DNA of 64,000 bases from Neoechinorhynchus agilis (GCA_051530055.1 CM121342.1:1336797-1400796); one strand, 5' to 3'. Positions 48,539 to 63,420 are shown, counted from the first letter of the stretch. The notes: generated by a model not told the origin, from the sequence alone. Made by a program: numbers and translations.

Positions 48539-49964
48539 CCATTAAATAATCCGATATGGATTTATCTTTAGAGAAATATATCGAGTTTTTATTAACTTTA
48601 GCCAGTTTTAGGGTTCATGGGCGCAGTGGAAAATAAGGACCCGTCGATTTGAATTTTATACATCTCAAAATCCTACGGCACACGAAAAAGGATGAAGAAA
48701 TTCCAACTTAAAGAAATAATTTACCATCTAATGACATTGAAAATTCGATAAAATCATCATTTAGGACAAATTGAATGTCCAATCGCTACAAATATCCAGA
48801 ATAGCAATCGAGCTTCGATTTACGTTGTCATTGAATCTTCATTATTGAACTTTACACTTGCACGCTCGAATGCATGAAAGTCGGCTCGTTTTAGCTAAAA
48901 TCTTCATAAATGCGAGTAATCAGATAAAATTCATTCCAATTTAAAGATTGAGTTTTTGATCTTTACAAAAAAGAAGAATCGCTCCACACGTTTATTTGTT
49001 AATTAACAAAGAATTGAACTCATGTACCTTTGGATTCTCATGAACACCCGAGTTCAGAGTTGTTAAACGAATGCCGTTGTTGGGTACATCACATCACCTT
49101 GAGATACGATTTTTGATAGGGATATCATGATCGTTGAGATAGCCCGGCAGTGAATTTATTGTTTGTGGCCATTAGATCCGTCGAGGTAGCGTTGGAGCGT
49201 GTTCATTTGTAGATAATTTTTGAAAGAGCTTGTAGAATGGATATTGGACAGAATGATTCGGTGGGAATCGGATGTCTTTTTTTGGAAGAAGGATCACTTT
49301 AACCGTTTCCAGGCATAAGGGGTTTGAAAATTGGCAATCGCAGAATCCGGAAGGATGTACAAACTTATAACCGTACGGTCTTGGGGCATTGAGCGCAGAC
49401 CAGCGCTTTCCAGACCGAAATCAATGGACTGTGTGTCCCCATTTGGCCGTGTATGGAAAAAAATGTATCAAAAGACTACCAGCTGAGCCAAAATCGTTAA
49501 TGGCTTTTAAGTCCGTGTTCCGATATCAGGACCAAGTGCGAAATGCTTAAGAGAACATACTTTTTCATAGATCGTTTCCTTCGATTAAAAAGATTAACGA
49601 GCAGATATACGAGTCAACTAACTCAAGACACATTCCATCGGTGAGTTGCCAAAAGTTTCAGGTATGGGCGTGAAAGATTGTGTGGTGTTTGATGTGGAGC
49701 AATGATTTTAATTTGAGTCTAGGCAAAGGTTCTGATTAATGGAATCTAGATCCTGTTTTAATTTCATGGAGGTCAAATTTGGTAAGATATCAGGGTAGCG
49801 TAGACCATTAGAGTTCTTGACGGCCCGCCATCGTGTTGAGTTGCCATTTGAACGAATTTTGGAGGAAAGAAAGTTTTTGCGGTGTCTTGTAAATGGGGAA
49901 AGTGAGGTAATTTATTGCGATGGCCTTAGATGCTTGCCTTTGAAGAAGTTTCAAAATGAGGGTT

Positions 49965-50389
49965 TAGTACAAATGAGCATTTCGTCTGTCATTCTATTAA
50001 GAATGCAATCGTGAAAAACCGAAGCTCCACCATAATTCCAGATATTTCTCTTTGAATTATTTTGGGTGAATTCTAAAAAACTCCGATCAAACTTTACGAA
50101 TACGATATGGTGATTGGATGATAAGTATTTTTCAGGTGAACGGGCGCAAACGCATGTCTTCTTGTTTCGATATGGCCACTTATTAGGACTTAAGATTGTC
50201 ATGATTTCATCATAAGTCCTACGACCCATAATGATTGTATAAACAACTTCCAAAAATCTCTCATACTTGGTTAACATTTTATTGCCCATTTCGCTTACAA
50301 GTTAATCCAAAGAACCGTTTTTACGAGCAATGTAGCCGTCTATACTTTGTACAATATAAAGTTGAATTTTTGATTGAATTTTCCCGCAT
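49965..50389 (-). pseudogene. 3'-truncated second copy of the bacterial-type DHFR/RibD_C pseudogene
   Basis: Carries the same TAA at the conserved W and retains ATGCGG (M-R) at 50389. Confidence 0.85.
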
Positions 50390-52669
50390 ATATGTTCGAT
50401 TCGCTCTATATTTTTGGTAGAGGTAAATTTATTTCTTAAAGTGAGTATTCTTCTAACTTTTGGGAATCATAACCTTTCTCTAAAATAAGAGTGATGGCGC
50501 TGGCATGGATAATTGCAATAAAGGAACCTTTTAAAATATTGAGTAGTTTAAAAAGACAACATGGCTTTTAAATGCACAATTATTTTTCGGCAGGCTCCGC
50601 AATCTTACATGTGAAATGCGCAGTCTGATTGGTCGCTCTGTAATTAAAGTTATAAATATTCTTTTTATTGTCATATATCATTGTCCTCGGGGTGAATTTG
50701 ATTGTGCGTTGGCGAATCCTTTCCCCGATGTTTTCGTTACTCATTTATTTTTGAAATATTTCGCAAGATTTTCCTTGCCTCTTCAGTCTATTGTTTGTAA
50801 CTTTTTAAATATGTGAGTTCCGAAATATTTCTAAAATAAATGAGTAACGAAAACACCGGGGAAAGGATTCGCCAACGCACAACATTCTTTTTATGTCTAG
50901 GAGCAAGATTTTCGACCAAAATCAACTGCGTTCTATTAACTGTTTAACCACGCATTTAACACCGCAATGACTATTTCTATTCCTTGATTTTGAATTTTAA
51001 CGCAATTAAACTGTGATTGAAATTATTAAAATTCCTTACATTCAAAATAAAATGACTCGCTGATATTTCAAACGAAGAAAATATTAGAGGACTTTTGGTT
51101 TCGAGAATCGCTTCTTAAATCACAAATAAATTTTGCGTCAAACGCTTTAAAAACAAAAAGCAGCAAAAAACTTGGAATTTTTGTTTAGGTCTGCACCCGG
51201 TAAATGATTATTGATTAAAGACGTTCTGCGAACCTCGTCGAATTCATCATCAGTTCTCAAATACAAGTGGATGAGTAATTATTTCGCTCTCACACGCGCT
51301 TATGGTTTATTGTGTTGTAACATTTTTTTAGCTGTGCAGACAGAGATTTTAAACTCTCCAGTTGTTTATATACGGTTTCTGTTCTATGTTTAAGAACGTT
51401 TCCTTAATTAGGCGTCGAATGTTATTATGTTCATTTGCTAAAACCAATGTTTTGTCGGCGATATTCGACGATACCACTTTCTGGGTCTTGGACCGTTTAC
51501 GCTCCGCCAATCTCGTATACAGATTATGGCCTGTTTATCCGATGTAATTGCTATTGCATTGGCTACAAGAAACTTTGTAGGCAACAGCCCTCCTTTCTAC
51601 TTCCCTGAATTTCCGGGAAATGATGTTTCCTATAAGTACAGAAAGTCAAAAATAAAATTGACATTTTATCGGCAGACCGCTGTTCTTAATTGTTCTTGAA
51701 ATTTTATTTCGTCAACAGTTGGTCTGCGGTCCTATGTCCGGCACTTCAATGCGTAGTAGATTCATTCGATTCGGGCTCATGACTGTTTCTTTTGACTGTA
51801 TGTTCCTCGCACGGTCCACTTGCTCTCGCGCTGAATTAAGAATATCTTTGGGGTCCCCCAACTTCCTGGAAATTCGTTTCAACTTCTGGATTTCATATGT
51901 GAGGCACTCCTCACTGCATAAAGATTTGAATATACAACTTTTGTGCTTTTACAATGAGCAATATTCCAAAGTATATAATTATTTGTTTCAGTTGGCTTTC
52001 TGTGGACCGATGTAGTAATTCGTGTTTCATTTTTTTGAATCAACACATCTAGAAACGGCTTCTTAAATCACAAATAAATATTGCGTCAAACGCTTTAAAA
52101 AAGCAGTACAAAACTTATAAGGCTTCTAGAATTTCTATTCGGAGTCATAATCGTATATTATTTTTTATTGTGAAGAAAGATTCGTGTTTTACTTTATGTG
52201 GGAAATAGAATCAAGAGGAAATGACTGGGATCCGTATGCAGCAAGAATAACGCAAAGGGAGTTTGCAGAAAAGAAAAGCTCGCTATTTTTAAATCATCAT
52301 AAATCGCCAATAATGAATAGTTAATCATTCGACCGAGTTTTTCCTTCGAGGGATTCCACTACTTTTCTATACAAAGCAAGTTTTTCCCTCCTCGAAATTT
52401 ATTTGTAAACATGCAAATTTTCGAGGCATCGACCTCCGAGCTCATTTGATCCCTGCACTCGTGTGCGCCGAACCATCAATTACGCTGCTCAAATTCACTC
52501 CTACCGGGTATTACAGCATGAGAAGAAATTCTGGATCCCGTTCTCAACCATTTTCGCCATTGCTCCTCCGAAGTCGATTGTATGGTCGTTTTGCACGGCG
52601 TCGTTGAAGATGGCCGATGACACATCACTCCGTTTGATTGCGTATTCATGCTGCAGCACTCATGCTTTG

Positions 52670-55585
52670 TTTGTCCAATATCGACATGGTCACAGTCCTT
52701 GCAGGATACTGAGCAGAAAACGCAATCATTGCCCTTGAGTTGCCTCGGCTTCGACTTGACATGCTCTCTCACATCGTCGAATTCCACCTAGCGATCGAGG
52801 AATAAAGCGACCAGCTTTTATCAGGAGTCCGATGGGGATTGTGGCATTTGTCCAATATAGACATGGTCACAGTCCTTGCAGGGTACTGAGCAGAAAACGC
52901 AATAATTTCCCTTGAGTTGCTCCGGCATCGACTTGACATGCTCTCTCACATCGTCGATTACCACCTAGCGAGCGAAGAATAAAGCGACCAGCTTTTATCA
53001 GGAGTCCGACGGGGATTGTGGTATTTGTCAAATATAGACATGGTCACAGTCCTTGCAGGATACTGAGCAGAAAACGCAATCATTGCCCTTGAGTTGCCTC
53101 GGCTTCGACTTGACATGCTCTCTCACATCGTCGAATTCAACCTAGCGAGCCAAGAATAAAGCGACCAGCTTTTATCAGGAGTCCGATGGGGATTGTGGCA
53201 TTTGTCCAATATCGACATAGTCACAGTCCTTGCAGGGTACTGAGCAGAAAACGCAATAATTTCCCTTGAGTTGCCTCGGCTTCGACTTGACATGCTCTCT
53301 CACATCGTCGAATTCAACCTAGCGAGCCAAGAATAAAGCGACCAGCTTTTATCAGGAGTCCGATGGGGATTGTGGCATTTGTCCAATATCGACATGGTCA
53401 GTCCCTGCAGAGTACTGAGCAGAAAACGCAATCATTGCCCTTGAGTTGCCTCGGCTTCGACTTGACATGCTCTCTCACATCGTCGAATTCCACCTAGCGA
53501 CCGAAGAATAAAGCGACCAGCTTTTATCAGGAGTCCGATGGGGATTGTGGCATTTGTCCAATATCGACATAGTCACAGTCCTTGCAGGGTACTGAGCAGA
53601 AAACGCAATAATTTCCCTTGAGTTGCCTCGGCTTCGACTTGACATGCTCTCTCGCATCGTCGAAATCAACCTATGAGCCAAGAATAAAGCGACCAGCTTT
53701 TATCAGGAGTCCGATGGGGATTGTGGCATTTGTCCAATATCGACATGGTCACAGTCCCTGCAGAGTACTGAGCAGAAACGCAATCATTGCCTCTGAGTTG
53801 CCTCGGCTTCGACTTGACATGCCTTCTCACATCGTCGAATTCCACCTAGCGAGCGAAGAATAAAGCGACCAGCTTTTATCAGGAGTCCGATGGGGAATGT
53901 GGCATTTGTCCAATATCGACATAGTCACAGTCCTTGCAGGGTACTGAGCAGAAAACGCAATAATTTCCCTTGAGTTGCCTCGGCTTCGACTTGACATGCT
54001 CTCTCACATCGTCGAATTCAACCTAGCGAGCCAAGAATAAAGCGACCAGCTTTTATCAGGAGTCCGATGGGGATTGTGGCATTTGTCCAATATCGACATG
54101 GTCACAGTCCCTGCAGAGTACTGAGCAGAAAACGCAATCATTGCCCTTGAGTTGCCTCGGCTTCGACTTGACATGCTCTCTCACATCGTCGAATTCCACC
54201 TAGCGAGCGAAGAATAAAGCGACCAGCTTTTATCAGGAGTCCGATGGGGATTGTGGCATTTGTCCAATATCGACATAGTCACAGTCCTTGCAGGGTACTG
54301 AGCAGAAAACGCAATCATTGCCCTTGAGTTGCCTCGGCTTCGACTTGACATGCGCTCTCACATCGTCGAAATCAACCTAGCGAGCAAAGAATAAAGCGAC
54401 CAGCTTTTATTAGGAGTCCGATGGGGATTGTGGTATTTGTCCAATATCGACATGGTCACAATCCTTGCAGGATACTGAGCAGAAAACGCAATAATTGCCC
54501 TTGAGTTGCCTCTGCTTCGACTTGACATGCTCTCTCACATCGTAGAATTCCACCTAGCGAGCGAAGAATAAAGCGACCAGCTTTTATCAGGAGTCCGATG
54601 GGGATTGTGGCATTTGTCCAATATAGGCATGGTCACAGTGCTTGCAGGATACTGAGTAGACCACGCAATCATTGCCCTTGAGTTGCCTCTGCTTCGACTT
54701 GACATGCTCTCTCACATCGTCGAATTCCACCTAGCGAGCCAAGAATAAAGCGACCAGCTTTTATCAGGAGTCCGATGGGGATTGTGTTATTTGTCCAATA
54801 TAGACATAGTCACAATCCTTGCAGGATACTGAGCAGAAAACGCAATCATTGCCCTTGAGTTGCCTCGGCTTCGACTTGACATGCTCTCTCACATCGTCGA
54901 ATTCCACCTAGCGAGCCAAGAATAAAGCGACCAGCTTTTATCAGGAGTCCGATGGGGATTGTGGGATTTGTCCAATATAGACATAGTCACACTCCTTGCA
55001 GGATACTGAGCAGAAAACGCAATCATTGCCCTTGAGTTGCCTCGGCTTCGACTTGACATGCTCTCTCACATCGTCGAATTCCACCTAGCGAGCGAAGAAT
55101 AAAGCGACCAGCTTTTATCAGGAGTCCGATGGGGATTGTGGTATTTGTCCAATATAGACATGGTCACAGTCCCTGCAGAGTACTGAGCAGAAATCGCAAT
55201 TGCCCTTGAGTTGCCTCGGCTTCGACTTGACATGCTCTCTCACATCGTCGAATTCCACCTAGCGAGTGCAGAATGAAGCGACCAGCTTTTATTAGGAGTT
55301 CGGCGGGGATTGTGGCATTTGTCCAATATCGACATAGTCACAGTCCTTGCAGGATACTGAGTTGACCACGCAATAATTTCCCTTGAGTTGCTCCGGCATC
55401 GACTTGACATGCTCTCTCACATCGTCGATTACAACTTAACGAATGCAAAATGAAGCAACCAGCTTTTATTTGTTCGGCGGGGGTTGTGGGATTCGTCCAA
55501 TATAGACATGGTCACAGTCATTGCAGAGTGCAGAGTAAACGACGCAATCATTGTCCTTGAGTTGCTCCGGCTTCGACTTGACATG
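52670..55585 (-). repeat. 177-bp PLE-derived satellite, inverted copy (~16 units)
   Basis: Reverse complement of the 27388-31590 units, followed by the GIY-YIG remnant at ~52400-52740. Confidence 0.9.
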
Positions 55586-56213
55586 CTCTCGCCAAGGGAA
55601 TGTACAGAAATATCGGATTTTTCAACTCATTCGCCATTAATGACCAACATGAACAGTTCAATCTTTAGACAAATGGAATGTCCAATCGCTACCAATATCC
55701 ATGATAGCAATCGAGCTTCGATTTCCATTCTTATGTACTCTAAATTTTTGAACTTGCCGCTCGCATGCCCGAAGGCATGAAAGTCGGCTCGTGAGCAGTT
55801 CTTAAAGAATGAGACTTTATCATTTTAGCTAAAATCTTCATCAATGCGAGGAAAAGATAAAAATTCAATCTAATTTAAAGAAATAGTTTTCGATCTTTAC
55901 ATTGCGGAAGCTTCGTCTTATCGCGAATTGGAATCAGCAACGTCGTTTACGTTATTTAAATTAAATAAATCGGTATATTAGGAAAAACCATCAGCTAGAG
56001 CAGATGGATTGTCAGATTGCTGCCAATATCAAAGAAAGTAATCGAACTTTGATTTTTTATTTGGCTAATGAGATTTGGGTCCCATCAGAATGCTTTTTTC
56101 GCCATAGCTTTTCAGATGAACTAAGGCAAAAATTTCGAAAAAAATCATCACTAGGGACCAACGGAATGTCCGATCGCTACCAATATCCAGGATAGAAATC
56201 GAGCTTCGATTTC

Positions 56214-56480
56214 AACGTCTTGTCACTTCCGATAAATTCAGCCAAAATTCCTCCTTCTCCTCTTCACTACAACCGATTTGTGAGGCGTACGCAGAAACTG
56301 TTGTTGTGGCTTCGCCGTTAACGCTTACATTCAGCGCCATTACCCGATCGCTTGTTCGTGTCACCTCTACGACGTTGTCCGCTAGATCCTTTGATACTAT
56401 GACGCCCACTCGTTCCCTGCCACTTGCTCCTCCACTATAGAACAGTTTAAACCCGTCGCCTAATTCTCTAGCCTTCCCTC
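56214..56480 (-). mobile_element. RTE endonuclease fragment, near-identical to 61593-61850
   Basis: GKARELGDGFKLFYSGGASGRERVGVIVSKDL...EEFWLNLSEVT. Confidence 0.85.
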
Positions 56481-56559
56481 CTTGAATCAACACATCTAGA
56501 AACGGCTTCTTAACCCCACCCACCCCCCAAACCCAAAAAAAACAACCAACCAAGAGCAG

Positions 56560-56670
56560 GCTTATTTCTTCGACAAAATATCTCGCTGGCAGTACAACGG
56601 GGCAATGCTGCCAGCGTGATGGCGACGGTCGAGGAAGGACAAAAACTGGAATTTGGTGGGAGGTGGTGAA
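56560..56670 (+). mobile_element. CRE-type LINE 3' terminal fragment
   Basis: RAGLFLRQNISLAVQRGNAASVMATV. Confidence 0.65.
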
Positions 56671-57164
56671 TGTAAAGAAAAGTAACCAAATAGTTCAATG
56701 AATGTACGATTGGAATATTTTCACAAAGAATTTCGAGCGAAAAAAAAAAAAATTATGAAGTGCCTTTTAGAAGGCTCAACCATTAGCCAACTGATTGCCG
56801 CTTCTGAAGTGAGAATATTGGTATGAGAAACGAAGCAAAAATCATCAATATAAGGAGGCATTTCACTCTCGTGGTTTAGCAATGAAAAGATGATTTTACG
56901 AATCGTAAACCGTCGATTGGTTTTGATGTAGAGACGGACTTATCCGAGCAATGTCTAATCAAGAATATAATGGCCCTATGTAAAAGATCGAAGTTTTTAA
57001 GGAGCCTTCTCAATATTTTTTCGCCATCAAGGATTTATTTTTTACTTTATTTGGGAAATAGAATCAAGAGGAAATAACTGGGCTTCGTATGCAGCAAGTA
57101 TAATGCAAAAGGAGTTTGCAGAAAAGAAAAGCTCGTTATTAATAAATAAAATCATCATCAATCG

Positions 57165-57836
57165 TCAATAACGCATAGTTGATAATGTTAATTGCACCAG
57201 TGGAAGATCTGCACAATATGAGTCAAAATATTCGTATATAAACTCATCGCTTTGACCGAAATGTTCCTTTAATTCCATTAAAATTACATCAAAAGCTTCT
57301 TTAATAAATCCTACATGATCGTCATTACCAATTTTTCTTGCTATAAATTTGAGTTCATCAAGAGGTGGATAACCATTTATCTGTTGAATAGTAAATGGCA
57401 CAGTTTGGTCTCGAATGTACTCTACAGCATTTAGGAAACCTCTCGAACGAATATTCTCATTACATTACCGCGTTGTACAAGAAAGGGACTGAGAATACTT
57501 CGCTTTTATTATAAACGTAATTCTCGACAATATCCAAATCCCAGATGAATAATATTCGAGTGTTCAGGTTTACTCGTTTAAATCGGCGCAATCGAAACTT
57601 CCGCCCGCATCTGTCTTTACCATTGATCGCGAATAGTTTCTCGAAATTAAACTGCTATTTCTCGACCGATAGTGTACATTTAAACTTTGATAATAGATAT
57701 TTTCCTTCAGAATACTGAATTTGATAGGCGATTTTATAGGCTGTTCTGTCGCCTCCTCCGTTATTTCCTCCATCGGAACCATAGCAAGAACGCTAAGTAA
57801 AATACACATAAGACAATTAAATTGAATTAAACTCAT
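57165..57836 (-). CDS. Putative spliced secreted orphan protein
   Basis: ATG ORF 57836-57570 starts with a signal-like MSLIQFNCLMCILLSVLA and ends at a GTAAAC donor-like site. A downstream frame is open from ~57465 to 57165. The splice model is not resolved. Confidence 0.4.
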
Positions 57837-59459
57837 TTGGTATCCAATAAAAAATTATACCAAGAGTTCGTTGACGAGAAAATATCTTACTCATTTTTGG
57901 TGAGTATGAATAATCCGAAGAAAAAGAGACTGAGTAACTTAACGGCGCTGTATGTTGAACTGAATCGTATTAAAGACAAAAATAGGAATATTTCGGTATG
58001 GATTGTATCGGGAAATTAGGTGAAATTATTAAGCAAGTAAAATAACGTATTTTTGCTTAAGCGTCAGTTAAAAATCTTTGTGATCACCTTAGAATTCGGT
58101 TGATCTCTCATCGCACATTGAATTCGAAATTTATAAAAAGTAGTTTTCCTACAACCGACGATGATCGATGATTTCGGTTTGTCAACAATTCGTTGACGAA
58201 AAGTATAAAATCAATCTTACAAAAAAATGATAATCTTGATCAAGACAAACAAAGTGCAATTGTGATATTTGATCTCCTTAGCTTATCAGTACACACAAAG
58301 AATCTCGAAAACCCAACAAAGGATGATAATTAAAAAAAACCCAACTTAGTATAAATTCAAGTAACAACTTCCAAGAAATTAAACACGGGCCCGTTTAAAT
58401 CGACTTCGCATTTCTACCGAAACAAGTCCAATTGTACATCTTTATTCTCGCTAATGGACTAGCAATGAATTTCGTTGTTATTTGCTAACAAATCACGACC
58501 ACCGTTTGCCCGCCCATAAAAAACAACGGTCGATGCTGTCTTCATCTAAAATGTTTGTTAAACCAAGGATTTAGCACTATATTGCGCAATTCGATAGATA
58601 TCTTAATAATCTCAGTAAGTCGATGAACGTCTAATTTCGAGTGAACTTATAGGACTCCTAAAATTGAACTCACTATCGTTATCTGTAGCTGAAGAAATAA
58701 TTGCATACAATGAATATGTCAGAAAAGAGAACTCGCGAGACTTGGCGAAAATTGAATGTTATACTACTTTCGCTTTACAATCGATATAACATAATTGATT
58801 TTTGTGTTTCTTTATACCAATTTAACCCTTAAAGAATTTCAACCGTTGGATTATTGGCAACATATCAATCACCTCTCAGTATTTTTTCTTTTGAACGATT
58901 CGAAGTTTACATCGTCAGAGTTTATATTCCCGCCTCATAAAGTTTAAACTTATGAGACTCGTTCAATCCTATGTTATCATCAGTAATAAAGGAAAATAAA
59001 TAAAAATTATTAAAAATGAACGGCACTTGTTATCCTTTACCATCCGTCGCAGATGAGACAATGACGAGCTGATTTTTAAATGGAAAAAGTATTTATTTAA
59101 CGGCGACGCTTAAGACTGGCTCATAAATCTGAAGTCTCTGTTAATATCAAATTTGCATACTTGGCGATATAATCGCTCGATTATATTAAATAACGAACAC
59201 GAATTTTTCTGCCTTAACGATTCAATCACACAAAATTTTATTTCTAAACTAGTCGAAAAATAATATGAATTTAATTTCTCGAATCCAAAAAAAAACCGCT
59301 GATTAATGAACCCGTGCTAATTCCGTGGATCGAATCGGATCCATTTTAAATACATCTTTTATGTGTTTTAGAATTGGAGTTCTAACAAAACCCATAATAT
59401 TGCAACGATACATATTAAAAACAATTTAAAAATATACAGACTTCACTGAGCCAAGCCAT

Positions 59460-62211
59460 AAAAAACATTTCCTGGAACTTTTCTCTCACTTGAGAGGTCG
59501 TTCTTTCCAGCATTGTCGGTTTTCGTCTTTGTTCTCCTTTCCCAGCGTCTTGAATCTCCGCTCCTACTGTCCTTCCACCTCTTCTTGGGCCTCCCTCTTC
59601 TCGTTTTCCCCTCGAGCTCGATTCTCCATGCGCTCTTCACCCAGGCGTCTTCATCTGATTGTAACCATCGCATCCGCCTCTTAGCGATTGCCTCCTCGAT
59701 CGGCTCGACAACAAACAGCTTTCGCACCTCCTCATTGGGCACTCGAATCTTACGTGTCAATCCTGCGGACCATCCAAGCATCCGCATTTCGTTGACGGCT
59801 AATAGTTGAACGTCTTCCTTCTTCGTATCCCACCTCCCTGCTCCGTAGAGCATGGCGGGTCGCACTACTGCCTTGTACACCCGCAGTTTGAGCTTGTTCG
59901 GGAGACGCTTATCGCAAATTATGCCTGTTGTCTTCCTCCAGTTGTTCCACCCGCATTGAACTCTTTGTCCGATCTCTGGTTCGAGCTCACATTGCATGTT
60001 CAATAGGCTGCCCAAATATTTAAAGGTGTTCATCTTTTCGATCTGAGTTCCTTGCATATCGGGGTTACCCGACCCCATGTATTTCATTTTGCACCTGTTC
60101 ACTCCCAATCCTTTGCTCTCTAATCGCTGTCGCCAACTCTTCAGCAAATTCTTGAGCGTGTCCACGTCCCTAGCTGTGAGCACCAAATCGTCCGCGAATA
60201 GTATCGTCCATGGTGGGTTCATTTCTCTTTCCGCATTTCCTAGGACGTCCATCACGATCGCAAGAATGGGCTCAGGGCCCAACCCTGTTGCAGACTCACG
60301 GAGACACGGAAATAGTCGATGGTTCCGCTGTGGTCGCCGCGACGTAGTGTTCGGGACAATTCCTTTTCCTGAGACATGCCCACACCAGATCTCGAGGGAC
60401 CGTGTTGTACGCCCTTTCCAAATCGACGAACACACTGTGCAACGGGCACTGCATCTAACTGAACCTCTCATACAGCTGCCTTAGCACGAATATTGCGTCG
60501 ATTGTGCTTCTGCCGGGCGTATCTCCTCTCTAATCCTGTGATCGATCATTCGTTCCCACAGTTTCATTGTGTGAGACATGAGTTTGATGCCGCGGTAGCT
60601 TCTACACTGCAGAACATCTCCTTTGCCTTTGAAGATCGGTATCAATATGCTTCCCTGCCATTCCGACGGGATCTTTTCCTCCAAATCTATCTTCTGAAAG
60701 AGCCTCGTGAGCAAATTTATTCCGAAGACTCCCAGGGATTGCCACAGCTCGATCGGAATGCTATCTGGACCGGCGCTCCTACCAGTCTTCATTTTCCTGA
60801 GCTATGCAGCCACCTTGTCGTATGACTACGGCCTCGTCATATTGACATTCGGGTGTACGTCCTCTAGAGGCAGTCTGTCATTTTCAGTGTTCAGCAGAGT
60901 ACTAAAATATTCTTTCCACCTATCCAAAATGTCCTTGCATTGGTCCAGCGTCTTTCCATGGCTATCACTGATCATTTTGAGGTGCACGATATCCTGCGTT
61001 TTTTTTATCCCTGACTTTGGCCAACTTGAAGACCATATCTATACAACTCCCTCGCTGTAATTGCTCGTACAGTTCTCATGCGGCCTTCCTTTTTGCCTGT
61101 TTGTAAGCGTCTGCATTCGAGGCCGAAGCGTAAAAATCCAATCTTTTACTGGCTGACTTTTTCAGACTGATTGCGTCCTTGACGGCTGGATTCCACCACC
61201 ATGCATCTTTGTTTTGGGGTGGAGGTTTCCCCGATGTCATTCCAAGGATGTTCTTTTGCTTTGGTCCATCACGGGCACTCTATGTTGCGTCATGCACTCC
61301 TCTCCTAGTATTATCTTGACATTCTGAACTTCACCCCATCTCGCTATCGGATACAAAATGAAATCGTTTTAGCTTGATCTTCCACCGCTTGAGTATGTGT
61401 AAAGGTGCCGTGGGTCTTTTTTGAAGTATTGGAAATACGAAACTCCAACGCTGCTGCGTAATCCAATAGTCTAACATCCTCGGCGTTCCTTGATTCTACA
61501 CTGTGTCCTTCAGAAATTCGCTCGTATCCATCTCTCGGCCCCACGTGTCCGTTGAAATCGCCGGTTATCACACATCGACCTTCCCTAGGTCTTGTCACTT
61601 CCGATAAATTCAGCCAAAATTCCTCCTTCTCCTCTTCACTACAACCGATTTGTGAGGCGTACGCAGAAACTGTTGTTGTGGCTTCGCCGTTAACGCTTAC
61701 ATTCAGCGCCATTACCCGATCGCTTGTTCGTGTCACCTCTACGACGTTGTCCGCTAGATCCTTTGATACTATGACGCCCACTCGTTCCCTGCCACTTGCT
61801 CCTCCACTATAGAACAGTTTAAACCCGTCGCCTAATTCTCTAGCCTTCCCTTCTTTCCATCTGATCTCCTGGACGCCAAGAATTTCGATTTTTCTCTTCC
61901 TCATCAAATAGGCCACTTCTCTGCTTCTCCCTGTCATGGAACCTACGTTCAGGGTGCCGATTCATATTTTGAAAGCGACTCGCTTCTTTAGCCAGACCCG
62001 TCGTTGATCCGGTAACCCCGAATAATTTTTCACAAACCCCGGACGCCGGGTTCGCAACGCCCTAGCCCGATCGATCGGAGGTATTAGACTTGACATTGCT
62101 GATGTGTTTTTATTTCAAGGTTTTTACGGCCCGATGCCCTTTCTGACGTCTACCCTACCCATTTGTCCGGACTTGGAATCGGCCCCGAGTCACCCCGGTG
62201 GCTGGGTTCAT
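59460..62211 (-). mobile_element. RTE-clade LINE with 5' UTR, APE and RT, frameshifted or deleted, with a 13-bp TSD
   Basis: VQEIRW...ITGDFNGHVG (APE), YRGIKLMSHTMKLWER...LFADDLVL (RT) and RGRPKKRW. TSD tgagccaagccat at 59447-59459 and 62212-62224. Confidence 0.92.
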
Positions 62212-62794
62212 TGAGCCAAGCCATCAAAACTGATAATATTAACTCAATTTTCTCCTTGTTCGTAAACCTCGTCATAACAATCTTTGACACCTTTGAACTA
62301 AATATCAGTCATTGACATTGTCTCTTTTCGCCATTTGAAAATTGTGATGAATTTTAAACAATGTTTAGTTTACTCATTCCGTCCATAAATTCATCAAGAG
62401 GTTCAGTTCTCGTAGAGACCACGTTTCCAGCCCAATTAGATGGTCGAATATTGGTATTTATTTCGGAGTCGCGTTTAACTGCTTGGACTCAAAGGTTTTC
62501 GCATTTTTTTCAAATTTCTTAAAACAACAGAAAAGCGATCAAGGAAACAAAGATAGAGGACGTTGAATCATTCAGTATAGATTTTATTATTTCTTGGTTA
62601 GAGAAATATATTGTGTTTTAGTCCTCGTAGAGCATCATTGGGTTGATCGGTCTGCAAGACAATAATTGACCATCTGTAAGAAGAAACTAATTTCCTTCAA
62701 CATATTATGATTTGATTCGAAGTTGCGAAAAAAGGTGCCGGCGAAGTCGGAGGAAAGTTAATAAATACAGCAACTTCGCTGCATGATTTCTACT

Positions 62795-63420
62795 CAGGTC
62801 CCTGTATTTAATCTTTTTGCGGTCCTCATCGACGGTTGCTGCTCCCCTCTGGTTTAATAGTATCCAATTTTATGTTGCTGGCTGCGGATGGCGTCCCAGA
62901 GAAGGCATTTGCCTCCTTCGTCACGGGAATGCTGTGACACCATCCGGTCTACGGCAATCGAGCCGGCAAAGATTGCTCCGCTCTAGGATGTTGGGCGCAT
63001 TTACAGTATTCGGGGCACGGCTACGAATTGCGTTCACTTCGGCATGTCGTACCTTCCGCCTGATTGCCGACAGGCGAGACCATGGCGTCCCGATGATTCC
63101 ACGGTCGTTCCGCAGCGATGGGATTTCAACATTGGTAACCAAATACTTGGGCGATTTGGATAGCTACGAACCAAGTATCCGATTCGCTTGTCGAGATCAA
63201 AGCCAATCGAGCTGGGCTATGAATTCTCGCTACCAAAATTGAATTTATTGTTTGCGACGGTTACCTGCCCGATAACGGAATCTTCACATCAAAGATTAAC
63301 CGCAAGCACGAAATCATCGTCAAACCTGTAATACTCGCAAAGAAAAGACTGAACTATTTTGCGGCTCGCTTTATCCTCATTTGGGAAGACGCTAAGCCTC
63401 AACCATCGAAAAATCATCAT
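62795..63420 (-). mobile_element. CRE-type LINE fragment
   Basis: RHAEVNAIRSRAPNTVNAPNILERSNLCRLDCRRPDGVTAFP; sister of 1-700 and 16.6-17.1 kb. Confidence 0.8.

Larger units (their letters stand above)
49965..56213 (-). repeat. Inverted segmental duplication of ~26600-34541
   Basis: Identical ORF-track translations in mirror order, and the same diagnostic satellite variants in reverse order. The breakpoint 34541/49965 lies inside the DHFR-like pseudogene. Confidence 0.95.

Noticed and set aside
59443-62211. Retron or group II intron RT system
   Set aside because: The APE plus RT architecture, RTE motifs and TSD identify a eukaryotic LINE.
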